Source: Bugula neritina
Taxonomy: Eukaryota; Animalia; Bryozoa
Reading direction: 5' to 3'
Assembly: GCA_964035545.1 (NCBI GenBank)
Contig: OZ037769.1
Span: 1,426,001-1,490,000, forward strand
Length of the DNA: 64,000 bases
Made by a program: the position numbers and the translations under genes. This document shows, one piece after another, positions 21,578-34,162 of this stretch (within the stretch, counting starts at the first letter, position 1; each line of letters begins with the position of its first letter). Under the pieces are notes generated by a model, which ran no database searches, was not told where the DNA came from, and saw only the letters and a list, made by a program, of their open reading frames with translations.

Positions 21578-23979
21578 GTAATGTTAGTAGTAGTAGCAGT
21601 ATTAGTAGTATTAGTAGTAGCACTGGCAGTATCAGTAATAGTAGCAGTGGCGGTAGCAGTAATAGTAGCAGTGACAGTAGTAGTGGCAGCAGTAGCAGCA
21701 GTAGTAGCAGTAGTAGTAGTAGCAGTAGTAGTAATTACAGTAGCCTTCACAGTACTAACTTTCATTTAGATATTCAAGTTCTGGTTTTGTCTTTAGAGGA
21801 AATTGGCCGAGGCATCTACGCTAGCAGATTTAGATTCAGAAGAGACTGTCGACAAGAAGTCTGATCTGACACTTCGTAAAGTTTCTCGGTACTTTCATGG
21901 ACCCGTCCCTCAATCTTCACAGAATAAATATCGTAGCACTGAGGCTATGATACGATCCGCCAATGCATTAGCACATGAGGTACAATACTAACTCACTCTG
22001 TATACTACTAACTCACTCAGTATACTACTAACTCACTTACTATACTACTAACTCACTCAGTAAACTACTAACTCACTCAGTATACTACTAACTCACTCAG
22101 TACATTACTAACTCACTCAATATACTACTAACTCACTCAGTATACTACTAAGTCACTCAGTATACTACTAAGTCACTCAGTATACTACTAAGTCACTCAG
22201 TATACTACTAACTCACTCATTATACTACTAACTCAGTATACTACTAACTCAGTATACTGCAAACTCACTCGGTATACTACTAACTCACTCAGTATACTAC
22301 AAACTCACTCGGTATACTACAAACTCACTCGGTATACTATATAATCTCTGTTGAAACAAATAAGTCGCACAGATAAACAGTGGCGCAGGGAAAATAACCA
22401 ACGATTTCGCAGCAACCTAGATTTCCTTGACCTCTGCTATGCCTTGATATTACAGGTAGAGCAATGGACTGGAGAGATCAAGCACAACCTGACTAGTTCT
22501 GTAGCTGAAAACATTCTCCGAGAACTTGTGCCTGGAGGGGTGTTGAATACCGACGTGTCTAAAGGAACTATTGCGGGTGGGTCCTCTATTGCCCCGTCTT
22601 AATATGCATTCAGCTGATGAGATTTTATTCAGTATGATAGAAACACACAGCACTTAGATAATAGGGTGGTGTTGTATTTCTTCTCAGATATGGTTCCTGC
22701 AGATATAAAATTAGAACTGAGGAACTTATATTGTGCTTTGAATGAGTTATTGCGACACTTCTGGGCTTGCTTTCCCACTCACACTAAGCTACTGGAAGAA
22801 AAGGTTTGTTACATTCTGTAGCCAGTTATTCTTTCCTTTTAACAATCATTCATTTTGTGAAGTGATTTGATCAAAAATGCAGAACATGTTACTGTATTAG
22901 CTGGAATGGTGAAAGGTTAAGCTGTTTTGATTCTATTCCTGAAGTGTTTGCACTGTATATTATAATTTAAGCAAACAAGAGAAGATGAATCTTATTTACT
23001 ATTCAGTATACTGATGATAGAACCATATACAATGTGGACCATAATAGTTCTAAATCTGTCCACTGTACAAATATCTGTTTAGACACACTTGAAAGTAGCT
23101 GACATGTTTATAACTAAAGAAATGGTAAAGATGTTCAGACAATTTAATTTAAATTTTAGCTGATAAAAATGGAGCAAAACCTTCAGAGGTTTACGAACTC
23201 AAAATTACAGCCTTTCAAGGAAAAGATTCAGCCTCACAGCTTCAGTTTCAATGTGAGTACAATACAATATGTCTAGTGATACAGTGTGTCTACTGATACA
23301 GTATGTCTACTGATACAGTACGTCTACTGATACAGTACGTCTACTGATACAGTATGTCTACTGATACAGTATGTCTACTGATACAGTACGTCTACTGATA
23401 CAGTACGTCTACTGATACAGTATGTCTACTGATACAGTATGTCTACTGATACAGTACGTCTACTGATACAGTATGTCTACTGATACAGTGTGTCTACTGA
23501 TACAGTACGTCTACTGATACAATATGTCTACTGATACAGTATGTCTACTGATACAGTACGTCTACTGATACAGTATGTCTACTGATACAGTATGTCTACT
23601 GATACAGTACGTCTACTGATACAGTACTGTCTACTGATACAAATGTGTTTACTACAAGCACTTCTTTCAAACGTACTAGAATAAAGGGATACTGAGGTAG
23701 AATCTAATAGTTGAGTAATGTAGATGATCAGGTAATCAACTAGTGAGTCTGAGTACTGTCACAGTGAGACTGAGTACTCTAACAATGAGACTGAGTACTC
23801 TAACAGTGAGACTGAGCACTGTAACAGTGACACTAAGAGAGTTAGACTCACTGTATGTTGTTTTACAGCTCACGGACCATTTAGAATCTCAGATTAGCAC
23901 AGCACTGGACAGATACCACAAGTGGCAGAGTAAAAAACAGAATCGAACAAACCCAATTGCCAGACCCTCAAAATCCTAA
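18732..23979 (+). CDS. GTF2H1: General transcription factor IIH subunit 1 (p62)
   Basis: N-terminal PH-like domain [40 protein letters not shown]; BSD domains ([20 protein letters not shown]; [36 protein letters not shown]); [12 protein letters not shown]; [11 protein letters not shown]. About 11 coding exons; stop at 23979. Confidence 0.96.
21280..21745. repeat. Compound trinucleotide tract (TAG/TGG/CGG)n with an inverted (TAC)n block
   Basis: Read directly; intronic; explains the spurious poly-L/P/T/V ORFs in the track. Confidence 0.95.
21980..22340. repeat. 20-bp minisatellite (TATACTACTAACTCACTCAG)n
   Basis: About 18 copies beginning just after a GTF2H1 splice donor. Confidence 0.95.
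23260..23640. repeat. 17-bp minisatellite (TAYGTCTACTGATACAG)n
   Basis: About 22 copies beginning just after a GTF2H1 splice donor. Confidence 0.95.
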
Positions 23980-24357
23980 CTTATTATTCTGTTGCCAACC
24001 GAGAGATGTAGGACAACTCCAGTAGAGTGGTCTCTGCTGTATATTGTAACTATATTGTATTTATAGAAGTCTATTGTATATATTTACAGTAAAATGAAAA
24101 TTGTAAGTTCATTCTAGTATTTCCACTCCAGCAATCTGTATTTCAAGAATAGAATAATGAAGATAGTTTTGTTGCATCAGTCACATTGTTTAGGATAAAA
24201 TGAAGATCTATATTACATGCATGTATATATACATTAAATCTCAACTCCATATAACCAGCTAAATCAAACGTGTAGTAAAAATATGTTCAGAAAATACAAA
24301 ATTTACAGAACGCAATCAGTGAGTAATCTAGCCTCAGTTCTTCCTAACAACCTAGCC

Positions 24358-27300
24358 TCAATTATTCCTGCGATATATCAAACTGCAGACGTACTTCTCA
24401 ACAAACTCTTTTATTTTCAAAGGGTTCACCTTTCCTTGACCTTTCTGGTAAATCTGCAATTGATAGCAAAACTGGTGTTGGTGCCAGTAGAAACCTTTAC
24501 CATCAAAAGAAGCACTTTACTGAAAACATTAGATGGAGTGGGATGATGCAATATAGTCTAAGAATCTAGTTCTTCCAACAATAATGGGTGTCATAGTCCC
24601 CATGCACAAAGTAGCAATAAATAAGAACCACAACAACTGACTTCTATGTAACCTGACATTGTTAAGCCTACCTTAGTGACGCAGTTTCTCATAATGTTTT
24701 TATATTCATCCTTGTTGATGGAGCCTTTACAATAGTAAGGCTTGAGAATGATCTTAATTTCATCAGCTATTCTCTCTTGACTAACCATCTTATCCATCAG
24801 CTGAAATAGCAGTCATGGCAGCAGTATTAGTGGTAGTAGTAGTACTAGTAGTTAGCATATATTATAGTACTTGTGGTGATACTGTGGTAATATTGCTGTG
24901 TTATTGAACTCTAAAGAAATGAACACAGAGTAGACATCAAAGTATAAAATATCCAGAACTAACCTGTTTATTAGAAAGCTCAGTAGCGGATGCAGGTAGA
25001 TCCTGTATCTCAACTGCTGATTGGCTGGTAGTCGGCACGGGTTCCTTATCCTCTTTCTTATTGGCTGACTGATCCCTTGCTGGAGACTCGGTGCTAGACT
25101 CGCCTAACCTCTGTACCAACCACTCGACCACCAGAGGTTTCTGAGAGACAGAGCGAGGGGGTTGGGCGGGCGGGGCAATGTCCGGCTCAGCTACCTCATT
25201 CTTGAGCAGCTCGATGATCTGCTTAGCCTGCTCCTCTGTCCTCAACTCCAACTCGGGGTCTATCTTCAGACCTCCCAAATTATCTGCTAATTGTAGATGC
25301 AAATTAAATAGACGTTTGATATTTTATAGAGCAGCTGAAAAGCATCTGAATATTCAGTAGTTTGTAGCAGCACATCTTACCTGAGCCACTGTCACTAGCC
25401 GGGTGAGTAGGACTATACGGTGACTGAGATTCCTCTATTTCCTGTTTACTTGACTCGTCTTCATACTGCTCGGACATGACGGTTGAGTCAGCGGCAGCAG
25501 CAACAGGGAAAGACGTATTGATGGCAGCAGGTTGAATCTTAGTCGGAGAGTCTAAAGGTTTGGGACTAGGATTGTGATCAGAGGCTGTGTCTATGACCAT
25601 CTCCTTGGGGGAGCTTTCATCTTCACTGTATCATAAGTGACTAACTGAATACTAGGTACTACCTGAGACTCAGTACTGACTAACTGAATACTAGCTACTC
25701 ACTGAGACTCAGTACTGACTACTCGGTAATAACTAATTGTAGTTAAATGGTATTATATTAGTTTAGCCCTTACTGAAAAATAGCTCTAAATCAGTTGTGA
25801 AGACAACTGGGGGCCTAGGAAAGCTTTTCCCTGCAGATAATATGGGTGCCTACTGCTACAGTTTGCTATATGAAGTATACCAACACATCTGACTATGTGA
25901 CACCTCTGATTATGTGATACTTCTGACTATGTGACACCTCTGATTATGTGACACCTCTAACTGTATGACACCTCTGACTATGTGACACCTCTAACTATGT
26001 GACACATCTAACTGTATGACACCTCTGACTATGTGACACCTCTGACTATGTGACACCTCTGACTATGTGACACCTCTAACTAACAAACTGAGAAGCTCAC
26101 CTCTGCAGTGAATTTAGTTGCTCAGTGTCCTTCTCAAGGACAAAATCTGTTATCAATTCGTGGGCTTTGCTATCGAAACTCCGAGAGCTAGCCGATGTGC
26201 TCTCGTGGTCAGCGTGAGTTGGGGACGGTGACTTACTCTCCATCTCTCCATCACCAAAGTGTGCATTCTCAGACTTGGGGCTCTCAGCTAATCTCTTGTC
26301 TTTTATTTTCCCAGAAGTTTTCTTCTCTTTATGCTTTTTCTTTTTCTTAGAATGAGATTCTACATACATAAACATAAATTATTGTAAAAGCACGAGGTAA
26401 ACAATAATTTAAAGACTTTTGAATCTGTTTACTTAGGAACTCTAACCAAAAAGCAAGCTCCATTACTACTGGTAGACACATATTTGTCACACAAATAAAC
26501 TCATACTGAGAAATTATACACAATCTGATATTGAAGCAAGTGTGTAGAATACAACTAAATATACTCTACCTCCACCATCTACGTGATGCTTTGATATTTT
26601 TTTCTGTTTCTTTTTCTTTTTATTTTCGGATTTAGATTTCTTTTTAATTTTAGGTTTATCAGCGACTTCTTTTGGCATCTCGCTTGGAGGGGTGGGGGAA
26701 CGTGATCCGTCATCTCCCCCGTGCATTCGGCGATAGTTTTTCTCTAACTCTGAACCCAGAGTGTTGGCAGACACGGAGATTTTTCTAGCTCGCTTGCCTC
26801 CCGGTTTTGTAGACTGACTTGGTGAGAGAGAATGGTAACTGTTGGCTCTGTCAGAAGATGTAGTTTTTCTCTCTTTAGATCTGCTCTTGGAAGCACTAGC
26901 TTTGCGCTTTCTGCGTTTAACAAGACTATTGTCACGCTTGTTTGAACTAGATGTACGCTTCCTACGAATTGATGCACTTCTCGATCGTCGAGATTTGTCT
27001 CGCCTTGTTGGTTTTGGAGAATTGGAGACGCGGCTCTTGCGTGGAGACTGTTTTCTATCTCTGCCATGACGATCTTTCTCTGAAATTCTCCTGAAATCTC
27101 TAGAACGCGACCTTCGAAGTTTTGATCGCGATCCGCTTCTGTTCCTCGCTTTATTTCTGTGTCTTTCAGAACTAGTTCTACGCTTTGAGCGTGATCTACG
27201 TCGTTTCGATCGGCTCCTATATCTGTCCCTACTCCGTGATCTTCGTCTACGCGAGCGTGATCTAGATCGACGTCTGCGAGAATTTGACCTGCTTCTATTC

Positions 27301-30300
27301 CTAGAAGTATTTGAGTCTGAATTTATTTCATAAACTTGTCTTCCTTTCACACGACTACTATTCTTTGGTTTTCGTCTGTTTTTTCTTTCGTCTTCTGAAT
27401 CAGATGTCAACACCACCAAACTCTCAGGAGTTCGAGGGGGTGGAGTTAACACAACGACCTCTCCGTCACTCTCACAGCTGTCCTCACCGTTGGCAGTCAC
27501 TTCACCGTAGCGTTTGATGTATTCAGCGCGTATTTTCTCTCGCTGCCTACTGTCGTAAACCTTTCTGCCTTCTTTCTTGACAACTGCAGGACAAACACTA
27601 ACTACCTGTAAGTCAGAATTCACAGCAGGTGCAGCCTGTATCAGACCTAACTCTTTAACCAAAGAACTGTTGTCATCACACCTGACTAGAGTAGCTTTAT
27701 TGGATGACGAGCTGCAGGCGGGCAAACCAACTACTTTCTCATTGGTCAAACTATCCTTTGCAGAGGAAATTTTGTTAGAAGCAGAGTTGTGATTGGTTGA
27801 CTGAGTTGACAAACCATTGTGTTTACTAGCTGATTCAGATCTGCGAGGAACTGCTGCAGAAGGTAAAGGAATAGAAGTCAGTGATGGAGAGGAAGCTGAT
27901 GGCTTTAGTTTCAGTTTACCTATATGTTGAAAAATAAACAACATTTTATATAACAGTCATGGTTTACTAAGAATACTTTATCACAGTACGAGCAGTAATA
28001 CGCCTGCACACAACAATTGATACGTTATACACTGATACAAATCATCTCAGCTCTGCACTGTGCTATCACTACCATGAGTCAGATATTACAGTATCACATA
28101 CATGGGAGATACATTTGGAGAGCTCACCATCAATGCCAATCTGGATGTCTTTAGAGCTGGAGGCAAGAAGGGACTGATCTCCGAGAATAGAACTGAGTAG
28201 ATCTGTGGAGCTGGACATGTTGTTTGACGATATTTCCTTAGGGCTTGGCTTCTTTTGACTGGTAAAGTTCACCACTATTTTAGATGGCTTTTTGACAGGT
28301 TGGCTACAGAAATAAAATATACACATTAGATACACAGTTATTGTAGAAAAGTGGTAATGAGAAAATTTATAAGGCAAAACATTTATCTATTAAGCATTGT
28401 CCATATTAACCAATGAGATTACCGAGTCACTCTGATTCCTTCCCTATCTCCAAACACCGAGAGCTCGCAGTCACCCCCCGTACTATCAGCTGGTACGGAG
28501 GACACTCTGCTCTTGAGCAAGGGGAGACTACACCCGGCTGGAGGTGCAGTGATTCCCAACTTGTTGGCCAGCCTTTGCTTAGAGGACTTTGACTTCTTCT
28601 GAAAACAAACAATGGCATATCAACACTGCAAGAGGCCGCTTTACTTTTAGCAGAATTTTGTTGTGGAATTAACATGATTGCCACATAGGATAAGAAATAG
28701 GTGCAATATGACAGGAGAAGGCAACTTAATGTTAGGTATATTTCTAGCAGTATAAATCAATCTGTACACTGACTTCATCAAAGTATTGCTATAATGGAAA
28801 GGAGGATTTCAATTGAAATGTAGACAAAAAAAAGCGAAACAATACAACCATCATACATGTAGTTTCAAAAATCTAATGCATTACATTGTCTCAACATTTT
28901 ATTTTTCTGTCAGTTCTAACTTTTTCCTTAACTCAAAATGAGTTAAGGAAAATACTTAAATTATTCTGAATCAAAGTGAGTTATGTGAATTATGAGTTGA
29001 AAAATATGTTTTCATTGTTTCATTCAAAAAAGATGACTCCATAACAAACATATTGCTATTTGGGCAGCTTTTAAAGTCACTCATGTTTTCATACAGCAGT
29101 GATGTTGCCATAAATATCATCCAAGTATATACTCAGATTTTAACTGCTGTCAACTTACCGTGTTACGCTGTCAACTCACCGTGTTACGTTGCCATCTTTG
29201 TTTCAGCATACTTTTCCTTGTCCTAGTTCGTCTAGACGAAGATCTCTTTGCTTTTGTTTTGCGTCTGCGAACAGTTTTTCTTTTAGTTCTTGCCCGAACC
29301 TTTTTAGAGGCTGGGGTTGAGCTGGCAGCGACAGCAGATATACTCTAAACAACATCATCAAGAGTTACAAGTCGACTGGTAACAAGCTCTATGAACTGTC
29401 ATAGCTTTTAGGACAGTTTCACTGTTGTTTGATAAACAGAATATGGAGTTTACAAGTATTAGCTTTAAGCTAATCAATATTACAAAGAGAAGATAACTTC
29501 ATTACCTCTATTCTTTCATCAATATCAGAACCAGCTTCATCAACCTCAATATTCTCATCATCTTCACTGTCTGAGGATAAGATTGCTCTGTTCACTCTGC
29601 CCATTATTCTAGAATTTGCCATAGTCCTTGGGATACTGACAATCCCATTTCTAGCATTACCTGCAGTAACATCAATTAGTGAAGACAACTCCGAAATAAT
29701 GAACTTGCATTTTCAAAAGAATATATAAAACCACTCTCACACAGTATATGAGTTTTGGATTATTTAACCTCCTAAATATACTAGAGCAAAGTTTGATGTG
29801 GAGTCAAGAAAACACGAAAGAAGATAAACCCTCACTGGTAGATGGCTGATTGGACGGCTGCTCTGGCTCACATGTCGGGCAGAACCAATCATCTAGTGGG
29901 ACAGAATCCAGCGCAGGGGTGAGACAACCCAAATGATATCTGCAGAAAAAACAGAATACTAGACTGCATATAAATAAATAACATATTAACCTCATATCTA
30001 CATACAGTATCTATGCATTTTACACATCCCAATGAGTTCACAATGCGTTGTTTCGTGTATTATCGTTTTACAAAACACAAAGTCTTTCACAAGCTGAAAA
30101 CTGAAGCACAACGTTCAGCTACTATCTAAAAATATCAAACCGACAGTTCCTACACCAGTTGATGTCTGGGATTGTCTTGTTAGCAACAAAATTTCATGGT
30201 AACACAACCAACAATCCCACATTCCAAAGCTACCACTAGGTCAATGTATACAAATATACTACATTTAATAATAGCAAAGAGCATACAACTACAGATTGGC

Positions 30301-31783
30301 TAACTTTCAGTGATGAATCTAATAATGTGAATAATGAGACTAACTAACCCCCTGTCACAGCCGTCACATAGGAGTAGCGTTGCCTCGTCATGTGGCAAGC
30401 CACACACTTCACAGCATGTTGCGTCTATAGGGTCTTCATCATCAGGGTGTTGTAGCGCCACATCGCCTACCTCCACCTTGCGCAGGATGTTTCCGCCAAT
30501 TGAATTCCGAACAAATATTATGTGAAACACACTTCGATCATTCGGACAAGTGTTGCAGTGCTGGGAAAAAGTCATCAGTCATGTTTATTATACTTTTCAT
30601 GCAATAATTATATTTTATTTGTTCAATAAATCAATTATATTGACTCAAGTTTTTAAATTTACATTGCATCAGACAAAATCCAATATCGGCATTCCTTGCC
30701 ATTAGTCAACAAAGTTGATACACATAAACTTGAAAAAAAATAAAAATTACTTTGTCCACAACGTCTAAGTCATATGTACAAATTACAATCATAGTTTGCC
30801 TTTACATAATTATTTTAGTAAGTAATTAAGTAATTAAGTTTGGAAAATGCCATACAATACAACAAAGTATACACTTAAACATTTATCCTTGTGAAGCACT
30901 ACGCTTTACCTTAGCCCATTCTTCAATACACTCTAAACAAAAATGATGATCGCAGCTTTCCGGCGTCCCAATAACTTCCTCATCGAGCAAACGCAAACAA
31001 ATGGGGCAGCATTCCCCTTTAGCTGAGTCATCACTACGACAACAAAACGGAGTTCAAGAAAAACTGTATTGTGCAAAATACAGATAGGAGGATACAAATA
31101 ATATTTTAAGCATGAGCCATTATAAATCATCAAAAGCTCTTAATTCATTTACTTATTGCCTCAAGTTTTTTTATAATTTATGCATGTAGCCCTTTCAGTA
31201 TCACTGTGGCTATGGGCTATGGCCTATACTTTAAAGCTGTGGCTATGCCAATCGTATGAATATGATATTATATTTTATAAATATATGTAGCATAACATTA
31301 ACTATAGTCTATAGTCTATACACTTACAGTATGAGTATACGTCTTACGTTGCAAGCATACTGTATATGAAATAATTACAAAATTCAACATTAATACTACT
31401 TATAGTTATACTTATACTTATAGTCATAATATAAATAATAATTTTAAATAATTAATTATAATATAATATAAGTATCAGCATGTGTATCACTATCAGTGTC
31501 AGAATGAGTATCAGTATGTGTTAAATCTAAAATTTTAGAAGTTGTGTGATTTATTATATTTATTGGAATTCACTTTCAATTTCAGTGACTTTTAGTATTT
31601 CACTCTTTCAGTATTAGTATAACTATAAGTATTTGTATTACTATTACTATTAGTATTACTAGTATTACTATTAGTATTAATATTAGTATTACTATTACTA
31701 TTAGTATTAGCAGAAACTAATAATCATAATCATAAGCTTTACAATTACTGAATTACTTATGAAGTTACATACCCATTCTCCAT
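24358..31783 (-). CDS. PHRF1: PHD and RING finger domain-containing protein 1
   Basis: An 11-nt first coding exon (ATGGAGAATGG|gt) splices in phase to the RING (CPICLRLL..GTPESCDHHFCLECIEEWAK|HCNTCPNDR). Then a PHD finger (CEVCGLPHDEATLLLCDGCDRGYHLGCLTPALDSVPLDDWFCPTC), a long RS-rich exon (26514-27944 ORF) and a C-terminal SRI-like domain (QERIADEIKIILKPYY..INKDEYKNIMRNCVTKI..VNPLKIKEFVEKYV). Stop at 24358-24360. Confidence 0.92.
25888..26080. repeat. 17-bp minisatellite (CTCTGACTATGTGACAC)n
   Basis: About 11 copies just inside a PHRF1 intron, next to the donor. Confidence 0.92.
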
Positions 31784-34162
31784 GCCACGAGTCTGAGATG
31801 AAAACACTAATCACCAATCTAACAGAATTTACTAACAATCATTACTTATTCAGGTATTGTAAAATTTAATAGCTTAATTTATTAAATGTAAGCCTGTGTT
31901 CTAATTTTTTAGAAACCACACAAGTGGAAAAACTAATTATGATGTCTCACGGATGTTGAAACGTAGTAAGGATGCACCGGCACTCTTGCCCTTCAATTTT
32001 TGTTTCTTTGCAGGTGTGTTAAGAAGATAACCCCAATAACTTCAAGCTGTCATAAACATAGGCGTGCACCACTTCCGTTTTGGTAGAAAATAATAAAGAA
32101 AATCACAAGACTCGATTGTTAACTTTGTAGCTTCCTTGAGTGAACTCCAGATTTGGTATGATTTTCGGAATCTGACACTAAAAATTACAGCCAGATTGTT
32201 ATATTAAAACTGCAAAAAAGCTAATAAAATCATCAAACCGTTTATTTTTAGCACTTTCAAATAAACCTAAAGCCTTCCTGAGGCCTATGCTGATTAAATG
32301 AGTGATTATGCTAATAAAAAACAAAAAGTAAACTGTAAAGTTTTAATGTTGAACAAAAACTTAAACTTAGTTTTAAACTCGAAGTCAATATGAATATGAA
32401 AATCAATATCAATATGAATGAGTATAACTTAAAGTTAAACTTGAAAACTTCAAGTGCTTGTGTTGCATTTACTCCTATTTCCAGATTTTCCGATAACTGG
32501 TTAACTTGCAGTTACTCTTGGTCTTGGTCTTTATCATGAAGTTAGGTTAGATTATACTTAATCTTATACTTATAGTTATAGTCATTATCATTGTTTGATA
32601 GTGATACTCATACTCAAAGTGATAGTGATATTCATACTGATAGTGATAGTCTTGAAGTTAACATTAACTCTAAGTTCAAAAATTAATTATGATCCTCATT
32701 ATGATAAAGTTATAATATGATTATCATTTCATTAGCTTTCAAATTATCCCTCAATCTAGATCATAATCACTTCGACTTTATCATTATGATATTGGTACTC
32801 ATAATGTAAGTAATTATAATAATTTAATAAACACCCCTATGATTATCAATATGATTGAAAAAGTTATAAATAGTATTATAATAATCATAATGATGATTAA
32901 ATGTTGAATTTAATGGAATATGGTATTGATGGTGGTACATAGCAATATTTATATTGTGATCATACTTATAACGATTACTAATATTATTACCATTACGTTT
33001 AAGTTTAACATGATCATAGTGATATTTATTAACATTAGTGATTGTTGACATGGTTGTCATTGCGATTATGATTAAAATAATCATAATGATAAATATTATT
33101 GATTTATATTTGTATTGTGATTGTCCATTATATAATAAATACAGTAATCCTAATAAAATTGTCATGCCATGTCTATAATTCAGATTGTTGCTATGTTACT
33201 GGGCATTTGAAATTTTTGCTCACTTTCTAGTATTTCATTTTCAATAGCCAATGGGCTTACAGTTAGTGTTACTAAAAGCTGATTTTTTTATGACTCAAAT
33301 AAAGATGTGTAATTATTTTTATTCTAGCGTTGTTTATATGAGTTAGATAAATCCAATCATAATATAAGCGTGTGTAACTTTGTGAATGTTTGTACAAACA
33401 TAGACTATATTTTTACTCATTTCCTGAAGTTATGAAGTTAGTTTTAGTGCAGCATTGACCAAACTACCAAGTATCTAAAAGCGGTGAATAAGTATACATT
33501 TTAATTCCTTTATTGTCACCATAATTACTAAAAAAAATTTAAATAACGTGTCAGTGTGATTTTGTATTCTCATATTATAACCTATTATTCTCTGTGCTTT
33601 AGGTTATATGAACTTAACTCAGACATAAATATGCCCATTCTGAATTTCAACATGATACTAGAAAAAAATTAAAACTTAGAACTAGAATGGTCATTTTTTT
33701 AAATTGATACATCTGTAACATTAGAATGAAACAAAAATAATACTGTTGCAGTTCATGCAAGTTTTTAGTGTCCAAAAAAGAACTTGAAAAGAAAGTTGGT
33801 ATATTGTAATTTTAGGATTCAGTATAAGTTCCAAATCTGCTTAACATAGTTTTTGTAGCATTATAAAGCTTGAATCTTGGAAGTTTTAATTAATATTTTG
33901 ACCCTGTCATAACAAGCTCTACAATTGGTTGTAAGAAAACAGAGCTGCATGATAAATTAACCTTACATAATGCATTTATATGGTTCTGTTACCATCCTAT
34001 ACCTTTTGTACTCTGTAGCATATAATCTGTTTCGCTAATTTGTATATACTTAGGGGCTTCACAATAATACAAAGTGTGATAGTGGATCAACGAAGCTCTA
34101 AAGAATCTAGGCTTTGCTTGAAGACGGATTCAATGTGAAGATAACTTCAGCTATCAGTAGTT

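Noticed and set aside
23011-23103. Possible intronic C/D-box snoRNA (TGATGA...CTGA) in GTF2H1
   Set aside because: Imperfect box C, no terminal stem and no recognisable rRNA-complementary guide.
21980-23640. Regular repeat arrays that superficially resemble CRISPR
   Set aside because: Head-to-tail units with no unique spacers, in eukaryotic introns, with no cas genes.
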